A DNA stretch of 52,761 nt, from positions 1 to 52,761 of the IMG/VR virus record IMGVR_UViG_3300014492_000001. One strand, 5' to 3'. This document shows, one piece after another, positions 35,345 through 45,484 of the stretch (position 1 is its first letter; each line of letters begins with the position of its first letter). The translations under genes were made by a program, and so were the position numbers. This stretch comes from a virus. Its lineage: Duplodnaviria; Caudoviricetes. The notes below the pieces were generated by a model that ran no database searches, was not told where the DNA came from, and saw nothing but the letters and a program-made list of their open reading frames with translations.

Positions 35345-35854
35345 ATGCCCAGCGAGGGGCCAGATCCAGAAGTGCTCCCACCAGAAGAGGAGCGGCCACA
35401 AACCGAAAAGGAATACCGTCAACAGGGACGGAGACCTAAACAGATCAATAAGGGGGACTTCGAGTCTCTCTGCTCCTATCATATGACTTTGAATGAGGTT
35501 TCTTCGTTCTTTAAGGTTCAGCCAGACACACTGCAGCGATGGTGCGTTAACACCTATGGTCAGACATTCGGTAAGGTTTACATAGAGTTATCTTCATTCG
35601 GTAAGCTCTCGCTAAAACGCAAGATGTGGACGAAGGCATTGGACGGAGACAACATGATGCTCATTTGGCTCTCCAAGAACATGCTTGGGTTTAGTAACGA
35701 GCCAAGGGAGAGCGACGCGGAGAAGAACCCAGCAGTAGTAAATATCATCTGGCAGGACGCACAGCCTCAGATTCCTAAAGACGCATTTTACGATAAGCCC
35801 CAAGTAGACGAAGAAGCCCCTGAAGTTCTCCCGGCTGAAGAGTTCGAGGACTGA
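35345..35854 (+). CDS. terS: Terminase small subunit
   Basis: HTH followed by 'GKLSLKRKMW..A..GD..MLIWLSKNMLG'; directly upstream of terL. Confidence 0.8.
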   Translation: MPSEGPDPEVLPPEEERPQTEKEYRQQGRRPKQINKGDFESLCSYHMTLNEVSSFFKVQPDTLQRWCVNTYGQTFGKVYIELSSFGKLSLKRKMWTKALDGDNMMLIWLSKNMLGFSNEPRESDAEKNPAVVNIIWQDAQPQIPKDAFYDKPQVDEEAPEVLPAEEFED

Positions 35855-37248
35855 TGGACTTAAAGATCATCCCGCTTCAATCCTGGCAGCGGAACGCGAT
35901 TAACAACCCCTACACACACTTTGCCTTTTATGCTGGTGTGAGCTCTGGGAAGACGTTCACCGGCTCCCACTTCGTGATTAAGCACGTCCTAGAGAAACCA
36001 GGCCTCACGGGGATCATCGGGGCGAATAACTACATCCAGCTCAGCACAGCGACTCTCCGGGAGCTGTTCTATTGGCTGAACGAGTATGGCTTCGAGTTCG
36101 TGATTGATAGACAGCCTCCAGCGAGATGGGGAGTGACCCGAGCCTTCAAGGATTACGCGAACATTCTTCTAATTAGATCCCCCTGGACCGGGGCAGTGAC
36201 TACGATCTTTACTCGTGTGATGGCAGACCCGGCCCCTATTCGGGGTATCGAAGCGTCCTGGTACTGGCTTGATGAGGTTCGGGACACCCCTCAAGAAGCT
36301 CACGACGTGGTTCTCTCTCGTCTGCGGGAGTCGGACTATATCAAAGGCCTAGTCACAACCACCACGAATGGCGAGGATTGGTCCTACAAGCGTTTCAAGT
36401 ACAAGGAAGGCTCTAACCTCTACGGGTCCATGCACGTTCGTACAGAGGAAGCCGTGTTCGCTGGGATCATTTCCAGAGAGTTCTATGAAGGGCTCAGACA
36501 ATCCTATTCGGAGCTGATGGTGGCTCAGGAGTTAGATGCGCAGCACGTCAACGTCTACGGGGGTAAAGCTTATTACTCTGCTGGCGGGGAGAACTGTAAA
36601 CCGAGAGCTCCTTGGGGCTTTAAGTACCCAGATCCCAATAGGCCCCTCATCGTGGGGTGTGACTTTAACTTCGACCCAGCTCCTCATGTTTGGGTGGTCG
36701 GACAGATGTCCCAGGACAGGAAGAAGATTCATTGGTTTAAGGAAGTGTCTGGAAACAGGATGAGCACTGTATCTATGACGCTGAAGCTCATAGGTCTCTT
36801 CCCAGGCTTTCACTACAGAGTATTCGGGGATAGGTCGGGTGCGAGAGCAACCACTTCGAACGCTGGAAAGCCAGACTACGACCAGATGGCGATGACATTC
36901 CGGGAGCACGCCTGCTCTTTCACGATCGACCAGGACCAGGGGAACAATCCTTTAGTTAGAAACCGAGTCGAGAACATGAACCGAATGTTTAAGAACGGAC
37001 TCGGGGAAATGAATCAGACCTACGATCCAGAAGGATGTCCTTACCTTCACGGGGACTTAAAGATCGTGGGTTGGAAGCAGAACGTGAACAAGGGACAAGG
37101 TAAGCTCGACTCCTGTGGTGATATGAATAGAACCCACGCTTCGGATGCCGCTGGTTATGCTGTGTGGAAACTCTTCCCCCCAGGCAGTCGCGGTTCGATC
37201 ATCAAAGGCGTTCCCTCTCTCGCATCAACTTTACTTGGACCGAAATAG
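35854..37248 (+). CDS. terL: Terminase large subunit
   Basis: Walker A GVSSGKT, Walker B 'WLDE', 'TTT', nuclease 'GCDFN...HASDAAGY'. Confidence 0.93.
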   Translation: MDLKIIPLQSWQRNAINNPYTHFAFYAGVSSGKTFTGSHFVIKHVLEKPGLTGIIGANNYIQLSTATLRELFYWLNEYGFEFVIDRQPPARWGVTRAFKDYANILLIRSPWTGAVTTIFTRVMADPAPIRGIEASWYWLDEVRDTPQEAHDVVLSRLRESDYIKGLVTTTTNGEDWSYKRFKYKEGSNLYGSMHVRTEEAVFAGIISREFYEGLRQSYSELMVAQELDAQHVNVYGGKAYYSAGGENCKPRAPWGFKYPDPNRPLIVGCDFNFDPAPHVWVVGQMSQDRKKIHWFKEVSGNRMSTVSMTLKLIGLFPGFHYRVFGDRSGARATTSNAGKPDYDQMAMTFREHACSFTIDQDQGNNPLVRNRVENMNRMFKNGLGEMNQTYDPEGCPYLHGDLKIVGWKQNVNKGQGKLDSCGDMNRTHASDAAGYAVWKLFPPGSRGSIIKGVPSLASTLLGPK

Positions 37249-37299
37249 TTATTGCTCTCTGAATCTTCTCGTGGGACGAATCTCACAGAGGTTCAATGA

Positions 37300-37515
37300 A
37301 TGGACAAGAAAGAGAACAAGAGGGGTGGCTTAGTGATCACCCGATATACGCAACAATCAGTCATGCTTCACACATCCGACGGAATCATAGAAGTCACTGT
37401 CAGCTCGATCATGGGCCGTAAGTGCAGACTTCTCTTCCGATGTGATAAGCGAATCCCAATTCATAGATCAGAAACAGCTACGAAGCCCCAGGACGACAAT
37501 GGACCAGCTAACTGA
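37300..37515 (+). CDS. CsrA/RsmA-like RNA-binding protein
   Basis: 'LVITRYTQQSVML....IEVTVSSIMGRKCRLLF.CDKRIPIHRSE' matches the CsrA pattern. Confidence 0.75.
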   Translation: MDKKENKRGGLVITRYTQQSVMLHTSDGIIEVTVSSIMGRKCRLLFRCDKRIPIHRSETATKPQDDNGPAN

Positions 37516-37795
37516 GCGCCGTTGTCTTAAGAGCCTAAAGATACTTCTCCAACACGCGCGGAGATTCCCCAAAGAAACTCACGCGATGATGACCAAGATG
37601 TCTCAATGCGAACCCGTATACACAGACCCAGCAAGTGCTTGGTTTCTCCTCGGGATGGTTTACGGGTCTCTCGGCACGATCATGACGGATGATTTTGTTC
37701 TTTATCTAAAAGTCATAGAGGTTGCCTGCAAAGAAAAAGACTTTAAACCCGGTGATTTCATCGGACCGAAAAGATTATACGGGAGAGCGACATGA
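37442..37795 (+). CDS. Hypothetical protein (start uncertain, possibly 37499)
   Basis: Fills the operon; ATGA-coupled to the next gene. Confidence 0.5.
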   Translation: MISESQFIDQKQLRSPRTTMDQLTERRCLKSLKILLQHARRFPKETHAMMTKMSQCEPVYTDPASAWFLLGMVYGSLGTIMTDDFVLYLKVIEVACKEKDFKPGDFIGPKRLYGRAT

Positions 37796-38055
37796 GCAAG
37801 GTTCTTTGGCGAGTGATTTACAAACAAGGAGCGCGTCTTAAGGATCGCTGCTTTAGTGAGGAAGCTGAAGCGAGAGAGTTCGTGCTGAAGCAACGCAAGT
37901 ACCTGAACGACTACCGATTGGAGAAGATCAGCCACATTCCTATTTGGGACCGATGGCTCCGCACTCGAATCACTTGGTTCAATCTTGAAGTTCCAATCCT
38001 CTTTATCGTTCTTTGTGCATTCATGGGCTACGGCCTCTGGGAGATCCTAAAATGA
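37792..38055 (+). CDS. Small protein with a C-terminal TM segment
   Basis: 'VPILFIVLCAFMGYGLW'. Confidence 0.55.
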   Translation: MSKVLWRVIYKQGARLKDRCFSEEAEAREFVLKQRKYLNDYRLEKISHIPIWDRWLRTRITWFNLEVPILFIVLCAFMGYGLWEILK

Positions 38056-39128
38056 TTAACGTTCTACTTATTATCCCGAATAGAAACGACGCGACCTCAC
38101 TCTATCGAGGCATGGGACCATTCGCCTTACTGCGGAAAGAATTTAATTTTAACATAGTAACCTCTGACACGGTGGACGAGTCGATCTTAGATCTCGTGGA
38201 CTTCGTGTTCATGCAGAGACCCAGTACGGACGGGCACGCCAAAGTAGCGGAGATGTGCAAGATCAACGGAACACCGCTCTGGATTGATTACGACGACTTC
38301 CTATTCGAAGTTCCTCAAGATAACCCAGCTTACGACGCATACATGAAGCGCGAAGTGCATAACAACATCGTTAAGATTATTCGGATGGCAGACGTGGTGA
38401 CCGTATCCACGGAACAGCTCAAGCGTTGCCTTCAACCTAAAGGCCACGTTTTGAATGAGCGAGTCTACGTGGTTCACAACGCTCTTCACGATAAGTACTT
38501 GCGTCTGAAGCAGCCGTTTAAATTTAAGCCGCACATCAACTGGCGCGGATCAAGAACGCACATGCGAGACATCATGGAGTACGCACCAGAGGTTGCGGAG
38601 TTTGCTAACAAGCATCAGGAGTCCACGTTTACCTTCATTGGGGATAACCCGTGGTACCTGACTCAGAACATGCCTCGCAAGCAGGCCATCGTTGTACCTC
38701 CAATGGGAATAAACGATTACTTCCAGTTCATCACGAAGACGAACCCATCTATTCAGATCGTGCCGCTTCACGACTCCATGTTTAACCGCTGCAAGTCGAA
38801 CATCGCTTGGATCGAAGCTTCTCTCGCTGGGGCAATCTGTATCGCTCCGAGATGGCAGGAGTGGGAAGATAAACCCGGATGCCTCACCTATTCCACACCA
38901 GAGGAATTTAGGGACTGCCTCGAATACGCTATCGCTAATCCAGATGAGATGGCACAGCAGCACGCGCTTGGGTTCGAATACATTCAGAAGAATCTATTGC
39001 TCTCGAACATTAATGTGTTTCGTAATGTACTGATGCAATGTCTTTACGCCTTAGTTCGCGGAGCAGAAGTAACATTTCCAAGGGACGGAGAAGCGCTCGA
39101 GGAAGAAGCTGTCATGGAGCTGGAATGA
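38052..39128 (+). CDS. Glycosyltransferase, GT-B fold (GT4-like)
   Basis: 'IDYDD', 'ADVVTVST..L', 'PLHDSMFNRCKSNIAWIEASLAG'. Confidence 0.85.
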   Translation: MINVLLIIPNRNDATSLYRGMGPFALLRKEFNFNIVTSDTVDESILDLVDFVFMQRPSTDGHAKVAEMCKINGTPLWIDYDDFLFEVPQDNPAYDAYMKREVHNNIVKIIRMADVVTVSTEQLKRCLQPKGHVLNERVYVVHNALHDKYLRLKQPFKFKPHINWRGSRTHMRDIMEYAPEVAEFANKHQESTFTFIGDNPWYLTQNMPRKQAIVVPPMGINDYFQFITKTNPSIQIVPLHDSMFNRCKSNIAWIEASLAGAICIAPRWQEWEDKPGCLTYSTPEEFRDCLEYAIANPDEMAQQHALGFEYIQKNLLLSNINVFRNVLMQCLYALVRGAEVTFPRDGEALEEEAVMELE

Positions 39129-40108
39129 AAGTTCTAATCACAGGATGGGCTGGGTTCATCGGCTCGAACCTTACTCGGATGATCCTCAGTGATACTGACT
39201 GGGATATCTACGGAATGGACTCCCACACCTACGCAGCAAGGCCGCTCTGGGTTTACACGGTGGTCCAGTCGAACCAAAAACTTAAAGATAGATTCTTCGC
39301 TCTGCCGAATGATATCCGCACATTCCCCCTCGAGGGCTTAGTATTCGATGTGGTCATACACCTTGCCGCTGAGTCCCATGTTTGTAGATCAATAGAGGGA
39401 CCAGAGAAGTTCATCGATACGAATATCCTTGGGACGTTCAATCTTCTCGAGGGTCTTCGCAGGTCAAAAAGCAAAGCAATCTTCCATCACGTATCAACAG
39501 ACGAGGTTTACGGTGTCGCGCAAGAAGGATCAAAGTTTAAAGAAAGCACTCCGTACGATCCAAGGAGTCCTTATTCAGCAAGTAAAGCAGCAAGCGACCA
39601 CCTCGTATCCGCTTACCACCACACCTACGGGCTCAATACGAGAATCACGAACTGCTCGAACAACTTCGGTGCGAACCAGCATTCAGAGAAGCTCATCCCC
39701 AAGACGATCAAGAGAATCCTCAAAGGAGAGCCGGTCACTCTCTACGGACCAGGCAATCAAGTTAGAGACTGGATCTGGGTTGACGATCACTGCCGAGGAA
39801 TCCTCGCAGCTATTGCTAATGGCAGCCCGGGAGGTACTTATTTACTTGGGGGAGAGTGTGAAAGAACAAATCTCGAAGTCGTACAAGACTGCTGGATTGC
39901 TTGCCAAGAAGTCGCGGAAGAACAAAAGATCAAACTCCCGACGGACCTCGTAATAGAACATACAAACGACCGCCCGACCGATGACCAGCGTTACGCCATT
40001 GATTGCTCACATGCCAAGAAGATGCTCAACTGGAAGCCGTTACACGAGCTGTACTTCGAAAGGTTGAAGGAGACCGTTAGATGGTATCTGAAACACGAGC
40101 CAACGTAA
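39125..40108 (+). CDS. rmlB: dTDP-glucose 4,6-dehydratase
   Basis: GWAGFIG, HLAAESHV, STDEVYG, YSASK, 'RDWIWVDDH'. Confidence 0.92.
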   Translation: MKVLITGWAGFIGSNLTRMILSDTDWDIYGMDSHTYAARPLWVYTVVQSNQKLKDRFFALPNDIRTFPLEGLVFDVVIHLAAESHVCRSIEGPEKFIDTNILGTFNLLEGLRRSKSKAIFHHVSTDEVYGVAQEGSKFKESTPYDPRSPYSASKAASDHLVSAYHHTYGLNTRITNCSNNFGANQHSEKLIPKTIKRILKGEPVTLYGPGNQVRDWIWVDDHCRGILAAIANGSPGGTYLLGGECERTNLEVVQDCWIACQEVAEEQKIKLPTDLVIEHTNDRPTDDQRYAIDCSHAKKMLNWKPLHELYFERLKETVRWYLKHEPT

Positions 40109-40356
40109 TCGTAGACGCGGACTTCGTAGAATCGGTTTCGGACGTAAAGGACATCACGCTTGCTTATGTTAGAGCAGCGATGGAAGCAGGGGACGATAAC
40201 AAAGAGACCTACCTTCGGGGAATGCTTCGAGGGGTTGAGATCTGCATGGAGAACTACCAGATATGTTTAGACGCGATGGCGAAGGATCAGAGAGAGCAGG
40301 CGCTGAAAGATCTTCAAACGAATCTCAACTTAACCACAATGGACAGCAGTACTTAG
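40081..40356 (+). CDS. Hypothetical protein
   Basis: ORF between rmlB and rmlC, overlapping both. Confidence 0.5.
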   Translation: MVSETRANVIVDADFVESVSDVKDITLAYVRAAMEAGDDNKETYLRGMLRGVEICMENYQICLDAMAKDQREQALKDLQTNLNLTTMDSST

Positions 40357-40898
40357 TTCACGGGTTCGGTAAAGGCGGGCCCAAGCTTATTACCTTACCC
40401 AGGTATATCGACGATCGCGGCTCATTCATGGAGAGCTTCAACAAGAGGGTGTTTGAACTCTTAGCGCTACCTACGGAATTCCCACAAGACAATATAAGTG
40501 AATCTAAGGCGAACGTGATTCGCGGGATGCACCTACAGAAGAACAACCCCCAAGGGAAACTCGTTACCGCGATCCGTGGGCACATTCAGGATGTATGTAT
40601 TGATCTTCGACCTGGCGAGACCTTCGGCCAAACCTACTCAGTAAAGCTCGGTCCTACGAAGGAAGGCTTTAGACAGTTCTTCTACATCCCTCCAGGGTTC
40701 GCTCACGGGTTCAGAAGTCTGACTGATTGCATCGTTCAATACAAATGCACCACTCTTTACGACAAGGAGTCTGATGGTGGGATTAACCCAATGGAGTCAG
40801 GAATAGACTGGGGATTAAAAGAAGAACAAGGCGTGACGATCTCCGAGAAGGATCGAATGCTGCCATCCCTGCTGGACTACTACAAAGCTTGCCATTAG
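40263..40898 (+). CDS. rmlC: dTDP-4-dehydrorhamnose 3,5-epimerase
   Basis: 'DDRGSFMES', 'IRGMHLQ', 'QGKLV', 'PPGFAHGF', 'YKC'. Confidence 0.93.
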   Translation: MFRRDGEGSERAGAERSSNESQLNHNGQQYLVHGFGKGGPKLITLPRYIDDRGSFMESFNKRVFELLALPTEFPQDNISESKANVIRGMHLQKNNPQGKLVTAIRGHIQDVCIDLRPGETFGQTYSVKLGPTKEGFRQFFYIPPGFAHGFRSLTDCIVQYKCTTLYDKESDGGINPMESGIDWGLKEEQGVTISEKDRMLPSLLDYYKACH

Positions 40899-40907
40899 GA
40901 TTAGTCC

Positions 40908-42554
40908 ATGGCCGATCCGCATATCAACGACCTCGATAAAGACAATCCACTGCCTGAGTACGAGGATGTAGACGACGCCTTAGAAGACGTTCTCTATGCG
41001 CGACACGCTGAGATTGAGACCTTCGAAGACCTAGAGAAGCAGCGCGGGACATCGATCCCAGCCCTCTTTAACCAGCTCTATAAGTTCGTTCAGAACCCCA
41101 GCACTGTATCGGTCGAGACCTACAAGCGGATGGTCGACACAGACGACACGATCGGCTCCGGCGTGGACTTCCTGACTTCCTGCCTGGCAGCTCGCCTTGG
41201 GCGCTATCAACATAAGTCGAAAGAAATTACAGAGTTTGTTAATATGGCCCTCGAGGGGATCGAAGGCGGTCAGACGAACCTGATAAAGGAACTTCTCTCC
41301 GCTACTTGGGCAGGCTTCTCCGTTGGAGAGCAGGTCTGGGCGAACAAGGATGTGGGATTCGTTCCCCAAAAAGTTATCGTCCTACCACCGAACACGGTTC
41401 TATTCGAAACGGAGCGCACTGGTGAGCTTACCCCCGATGGCATCATGCAGTACCAAAGAAACTACAACCCGTATCTTCAAGGTAACGGCCTCGGTTATAC
41501 GATGGGCGGTATGGGCTCTGGTTTCTATGGCGCTGATCGTCCTGATGCTTACGCTAAGCTTGGTGATTTACCTTTTCCTCTCCGTACAGCTAACAGCTTC
41601 AACTACCTTTCGATCCGCATCCCCCGCCAGAAGTGCATTCATTACTCCTTCAATGCTCAAGGTCAGTTCGGAAATCCTTACGGAAGATCACTCTTAAGAC
41701 GGATTTATAAATACTACGTCATGAAGGACGCGATCCTTCAGATGCAAATGATCGCCCTGGATCGTAAGGGAACCGCTTTGACTGTCGTGTTCTGCGATCC
41801 GAATGCAATGCTAGAAGACGGAAACCAAGACGACGGATCTGGTCTTCAACAGTTCAGGGGTCAGGCCAAGAAGGGCATTCGTGCCGACTTTGCTGCGAGA
41901 GACGCCTTTAAGAACGTGCATAACGATTCCACGATCCTTCTTCCTGGTAAGAAAGGCGAAATGTATGACGTTGAGTTCATGCCTCAAGCTTCTAATATTC
42001 AGGACTTTATTGCGGCTGCTCAGTTCTGTAACCAATCGATTCTCCGAGGATTACTCCTCCCAAGCCTCATCTTTGGTAATGGTGATGGAACCGGCTCTTA
42101 CTCTCTGGGGCAGGAGCACGCCAAGACTTTTGATAAGATTTGTGACTCCGTTAACTCCGGGCTCGAGAACGTACTCCTTCAGCAATTGGTTAAGCCGATC
42201 ATTGCCTATAACTTCCCTCGCTCCGCATGGGAGAAGGACGGCCTCGGTTCTTTCTCCAAGCGCAACCTAAGCCAAGAAGAGATCGAAAAAGAGATGGCGA
42301 TGTACGAGTCCGGTATTAATGCTGGAGTTATCGACGCGAACGACCTGAACGATCTCAATAAGATGCGCGACACTCTTGGGTTCGACCCTCGGGATGAGAT
42401 CATCGAGAAGCCTATGCCTACTATGCCAGGAGAAGAAGGCGCGGAAACAACTGAGCAAGATCCAGCCGAGAAGCCCGAAGCTAAGGACGCGAAGAAGGAG
42501 GACAAAATGAAACGGTTGTTCTCGAAAATTAAAAGCATTATCCTGGGTGGGTAA
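40908..42554 (+). CDS. Portal protein (DUF935 / Mu gp29-like)
   Basis: 'GNPYGRSLLR', 'GSYSLGQEH', 'QQLVKPIIAYNF'. Confidence 0.9.
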   Translation: MADPHINDLDKDNPLPEYEDVDDALEDVLYARHAEIETFEDLEKQRGTSIPALFNQLYKFVQNPSTVSVETYKRMVDTDDTIGSGVDFLTSCLAARLGRYQHKSKEITEFVNMALEGIEGGQTNLIKELLSATWAGFSVGEQVWANKDVGFVPQKVIVLPPNTVLFETERTGELTPDGIMQYQRNYNPYLQGNGLGYTMGGMGSGFYGADRPDAYAKLGDLPFPLRTANSFNYLSIRIPRQKCIHYSFNAQGQFGNPYGRSLLRRIYKYYVMKDAILQMQMIALDRKGTALTVVFCDPNAMLEDGNQDDGSGLQQFRGQAKKGIRADFAARDAFKNVHNDSTILLPGKKGEMYDVEFMPQASNIQDFIAAAQFCNQSILRGLLLPSLIFGNGDGTGSYSLGQEHAKTFDKICDSVNSGLENVLLQQLVKPIIAYNFPRSAWEKDGLGSFSKRNLSQEEIEKEMAMYESGINAGVIDANDLNDLNKMRDTLGFDPRDEIIEKPMPTMPGEEGAETTEQDPAEKPEAKDAKKEDKMKRLFSKIKSIILGG

Positions 42555-42784
42555 TGACTAAGAAGACCGTCACACAGTTGTTCATTCTTCTTACCTGCCT
42601 GATCTGGGTGGTTTGGGACGTTCTCGTTTATCTCAAGTGGGGAACTCCCACGACGATTAGTGCGGTGATCTGGAGATGGTCCTGGCACTGCCCCGGTATC
42701 CCGTTCTTCGCAGGTATTCTCTGCGGTCATTTGTTCTTTCAGATCGAAGGACCCACGGCCCTACCTAACCAGGGGAATACGTAA
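42554..42784 (+). CDS. Small two-TM membrane protein
   Basis: Two hydrophobic segments; 'TIS...GILCGHLFF'. Confidence 0.6.
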   Translation: MTKKTVTQLFILLTCLIWVVWDVLVYLKWGTPTTISAVIWRWSWHCPGIPFFAGILCGHLFFQIEGPTALPNQGNT

Positions 42785-43240
42785 ATGCTTTGCGCTCTAG
42801 TTCAAAACAGCATGGTCGTTTCAATCGTGACGATCCCCGACGATGGTGGAACGTCTTATTCTGAGGTCGCCTCTCAATACCAGGCCGCAATCGACATTAC
42901 CCAGGCCGTCCCACAGCCTCAAGTAGGGTGGACTTTTAACGGAAGCTCTCTCGTCTCAAACGGTTCTGCGTCCATGAAGATAACGAAGCTTGCTCTAAAG
43001 AACAGGTTTACCCTTACTGAACTCGTGGAGATACAGGCCGCATCCTCGGTCGCAAATACCGAGGGGTTTACTCTCCAAGTTCTTGAGAGTGAGGAGTCAG
43101 TCGCAACATTCATTGACCTCAGCGACCCCAATACGATTCAAGGAATTTACTATCTAGTCAGTGTTAATCTCCTGACCTCTGATCGGGCTAACACGATTTT
43201 AACAACGCCGCCCACGGCTTTTGAGGCATACACGGGATGA
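42785..43240 (+). CDS. Putative fibre-assembly/chaperone-like protein
   Basis: 'PQVGWTFNG', 'ITKLALKNRFT..E', 'IDLSDP'. Confidence 0.45.
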   Translation: MLCALVQNSMVVSIVTIPDDGGTSYSEVASQYQAAIDITQAVPQPQVGWTFNGSSLVSNGSASMKITKLALKNRFTLTELVEIQAASSVANTEGFTLQVLESEESVATFIDLSDPNTIQGIYYLVSVNLLTSDRANTILTTPPTAFEAYTG

Positions 43241-45483
43241 AAACATTTCAAGTCGGTTTACAAAACGCGATTCAAACAACCTACTCTAACAACGGCGTCA
43301 CGACTCTTTTAGGCCGCGTGTTTCAAAAGACTCTTCAAGGGCAACAAGCTTTAGGGCCTTCTAGAACTCAATTCATCGACGTGCAAACTCTTGCCGGGTT
43401 CTCGCCGCTCATGTCGTTCTATAACCCTACGACTCAGCATTTATTCGTCGTGAGTGGGGCAAGCGCTAATCCTTCGATCGCTTTATTTAATTTCAATAGT
43501 TCTAACGGCACTTATTCCTATGTAGGGAAAGTGATCATGTCCCTCGCAAACTCTGCTGTGACTACCTATACGTTCCGTGGGTTTAAGGTTTACGAGTCGG
43601 GTGGAGTGATTAACCTTCTTTTGTCCACCGGGGGGTCTGTCGCTACGAACGGTGGAACTTATGCTGCTCTTGGTCTCTCGACTGCAGATTTCACAGTGGG
43701 ATCGACCACTATTTACTCTGCCTCTGGTCCGAGTCAAAAGGCAGTTTACTTCCTTCAAGACCCTGCAAACGTGGGAGTTGCTCACGTTGCTACGACTGCA
43801 TGGGGAGTGGCACTTCCGTATTCATCTTCAAACTCTGCACTCAACACGAAGGTTTATCAATTAAACGGAACGATTGCTCTTCCACAGGTTTTCTCTTGGG
43901 ATTTAGCCGGAACTCCATCCGTCGATGGAACGGTTACCAATGGAGTGAGCGCCAAGACTACGACTTACGCAGGGACTTCTCCTGCAGCTTTTTATCAAAT
44001 GGCTTCTCAGAATGGGTACAACGTAACGAACGGGGATGCAGTTGTTTTGATGAATGGCACCGGAAACGTTCCGACCAACACCACTCCTTGGGCTCCTGGG
44101 ACTAGCCAAACGGCAGCGAACGTCTACTTTGTTCGTGATCTTCAGAACGTCTCTGGCGCATGGCAGTTCAATCTCTCTACTACTTTGGGAGGAGCAGCGG
44201 TTACTCCAACATCTACAACTTCTAACTTTACCATGATGAGAGCATTCGGTATTTCAAGCTCTCTCTTTAATATTAAAACTGGGATTCTCCCTGCGTTTAC
44301 TCTCGGAACGCTTTTAACGAATAACTCCTCTGGTTACTGCAAACCAGTGAACGCTCCAGCAAGCTCGGCCTTGAATGGACAGGACTGCATTTACTTCATG
44401 ACGACTACAGCTCTGTACATAGGGAAAATTACAGATCTTACATCTCTAGGCACTACTTGGGCCTCAATGACCTTTTCTGGGATTAATATCACAGGAACGG
44501 GTGTCGATATCACAACACCAGCCGTGGCTAACGGTACATACTCGGGTCAAGGGAATGCGTCCGATATCGACCAGTTCATCTATTCGGTGACCGGATCTAT
44601 TTTTGTTCTCAAGCCTTACCAGCCCTCGAACATCACTTCTGTCTTTGGAGGATCTAACAACCAGTACTTCGAAACCCTTAACCCAATCACGGTTCCTCCT
44701 GGGGCTGTGACGATCACCGATGTAAGTTGCTACGGGGGCTGGATGTTTATCTCTAGCGGCGCTACAGGGCAAAGAGGGATTATCTTTACTGATCTTTTCT
44801 CTGCGGGTTCTTTTGGGAACTCAGCAATCATCAGCGCGGTTCAAAGTGTTCCATCTGGCACTACGCTTAAATATATCAACAACACAGCCGCAATCTTTTC
44901 TCTAACTAACGAGCCAGCTTTCTGGATTCGAAGCGCCGCCACTTCTACGGATGCAAGCTTTAACTCAGCAACTCTTCCTGTAGGGGTTCCTATTACTTCC
45001 GGGGTTGTTTCAAACGGATGGACGAGCATCGTAAAGGGTTCAGATCTCAGCGGAATGGGAATTGGGCCTTACTTCCAACTCTGCGTTACTTTCCCCCTTA
45101 CGAGCCAGGGGATCGGAGTACCCGCTCAGATCATTGATGCTCAATACTCGTGCTATCCCCCAGGAGAACAGTCTGATAACTGGTCCGTTGATCAAGACCA
45201 AACTACTCAAGGGACCGGATCTCCAAACTATACCGCTTGGTATATGACTCAAGTTTACGCGAGCGTCGTCCCTACTCTTTACGCAAGAGTGATCGATACG
45301 AACGGCAACTTGATCTTTAGCGCCAATACTTCTGCGAACCCCACGGCATTCCAGTACTCGACGAATAACGGAACCAGCTGGACATCGCTAGGAACGATCC
45401 CAAATACTGTAGGGACTTTGGTTAGAGTGCTTGTGACGCCAACTCCTTCTGTACTCGCTTCGCCTTCATTAAGGGAGTCTTAA
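43237..45483 (+). CDS. Large Ser/Thr/Gly-rich beta protein, putative virion appendage
   Basis: 748 aa with very low charge; Asp-box-like 'YSTNNGTSW'. Confidence 0.6.
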   Translation: MKTFQVGLQNAIQTTYSNNGVTTLLGRVFQKTLQGQQALGPSRTQFIDVQTLAGFSPLMSFYNPTTQHLFVVSGASANPSIALFNFNSSNGTYSYVGKVIMSLANSAVTTYTFRGFKVYESGGVINLLLSTGGSVATNGGTYAALGLSTADFTVGSTTIYSASGPSQKAVYFLQDPANVGVAHVATTAWGVALPYSSSNSALNTKVYQLNGTIALPQVFSWDLAGTPSVDGTVTNGVSAKTTTYAGTSPAAFYQMASQNGYNVTNGDAVVLMNGTGNVPTNTTPWAPGTSQTAANVYFVRDLQNVSGAWQFNLSTTLGGAAVTPTSTTSNFTMMRAFGISSSLFNIKTGILPAFTLGTLLTNNSSGYCKPVNAPASSALNGQDCIYFMTTTALYIGKITDLTSLGTTWASMTFSGINITGTGVDITTPAVANGTYSGQGNASDIDQFIYSVTGSIFVLKPYQPSNITSVFGGSNNQYFETLNPITVPPGAVTITDVSCYGGWMFISSGATGQRGIIFTDLFSAGSFGNSAIISAVQSVPSGTTLKYINNTAAIFSLTNEPAFWIRSAATSTDASFNSATLPVGVPITSGVVSNGWTSIVKGSDLSGMGIGPYFQLCVTFPLTSQGIGVPAQIIDAQYSCYPPGEQSDNWSVDQDQTTQGTGSPNYTAWYMTQVYASVVPTLYARVIDTNGNLIFSANTSANPTAFQYSTNNGTSWTSLGTIPNTVGTLVRVLVTPTPSVLASPSLRES

Positions 45484-45484
45484 G

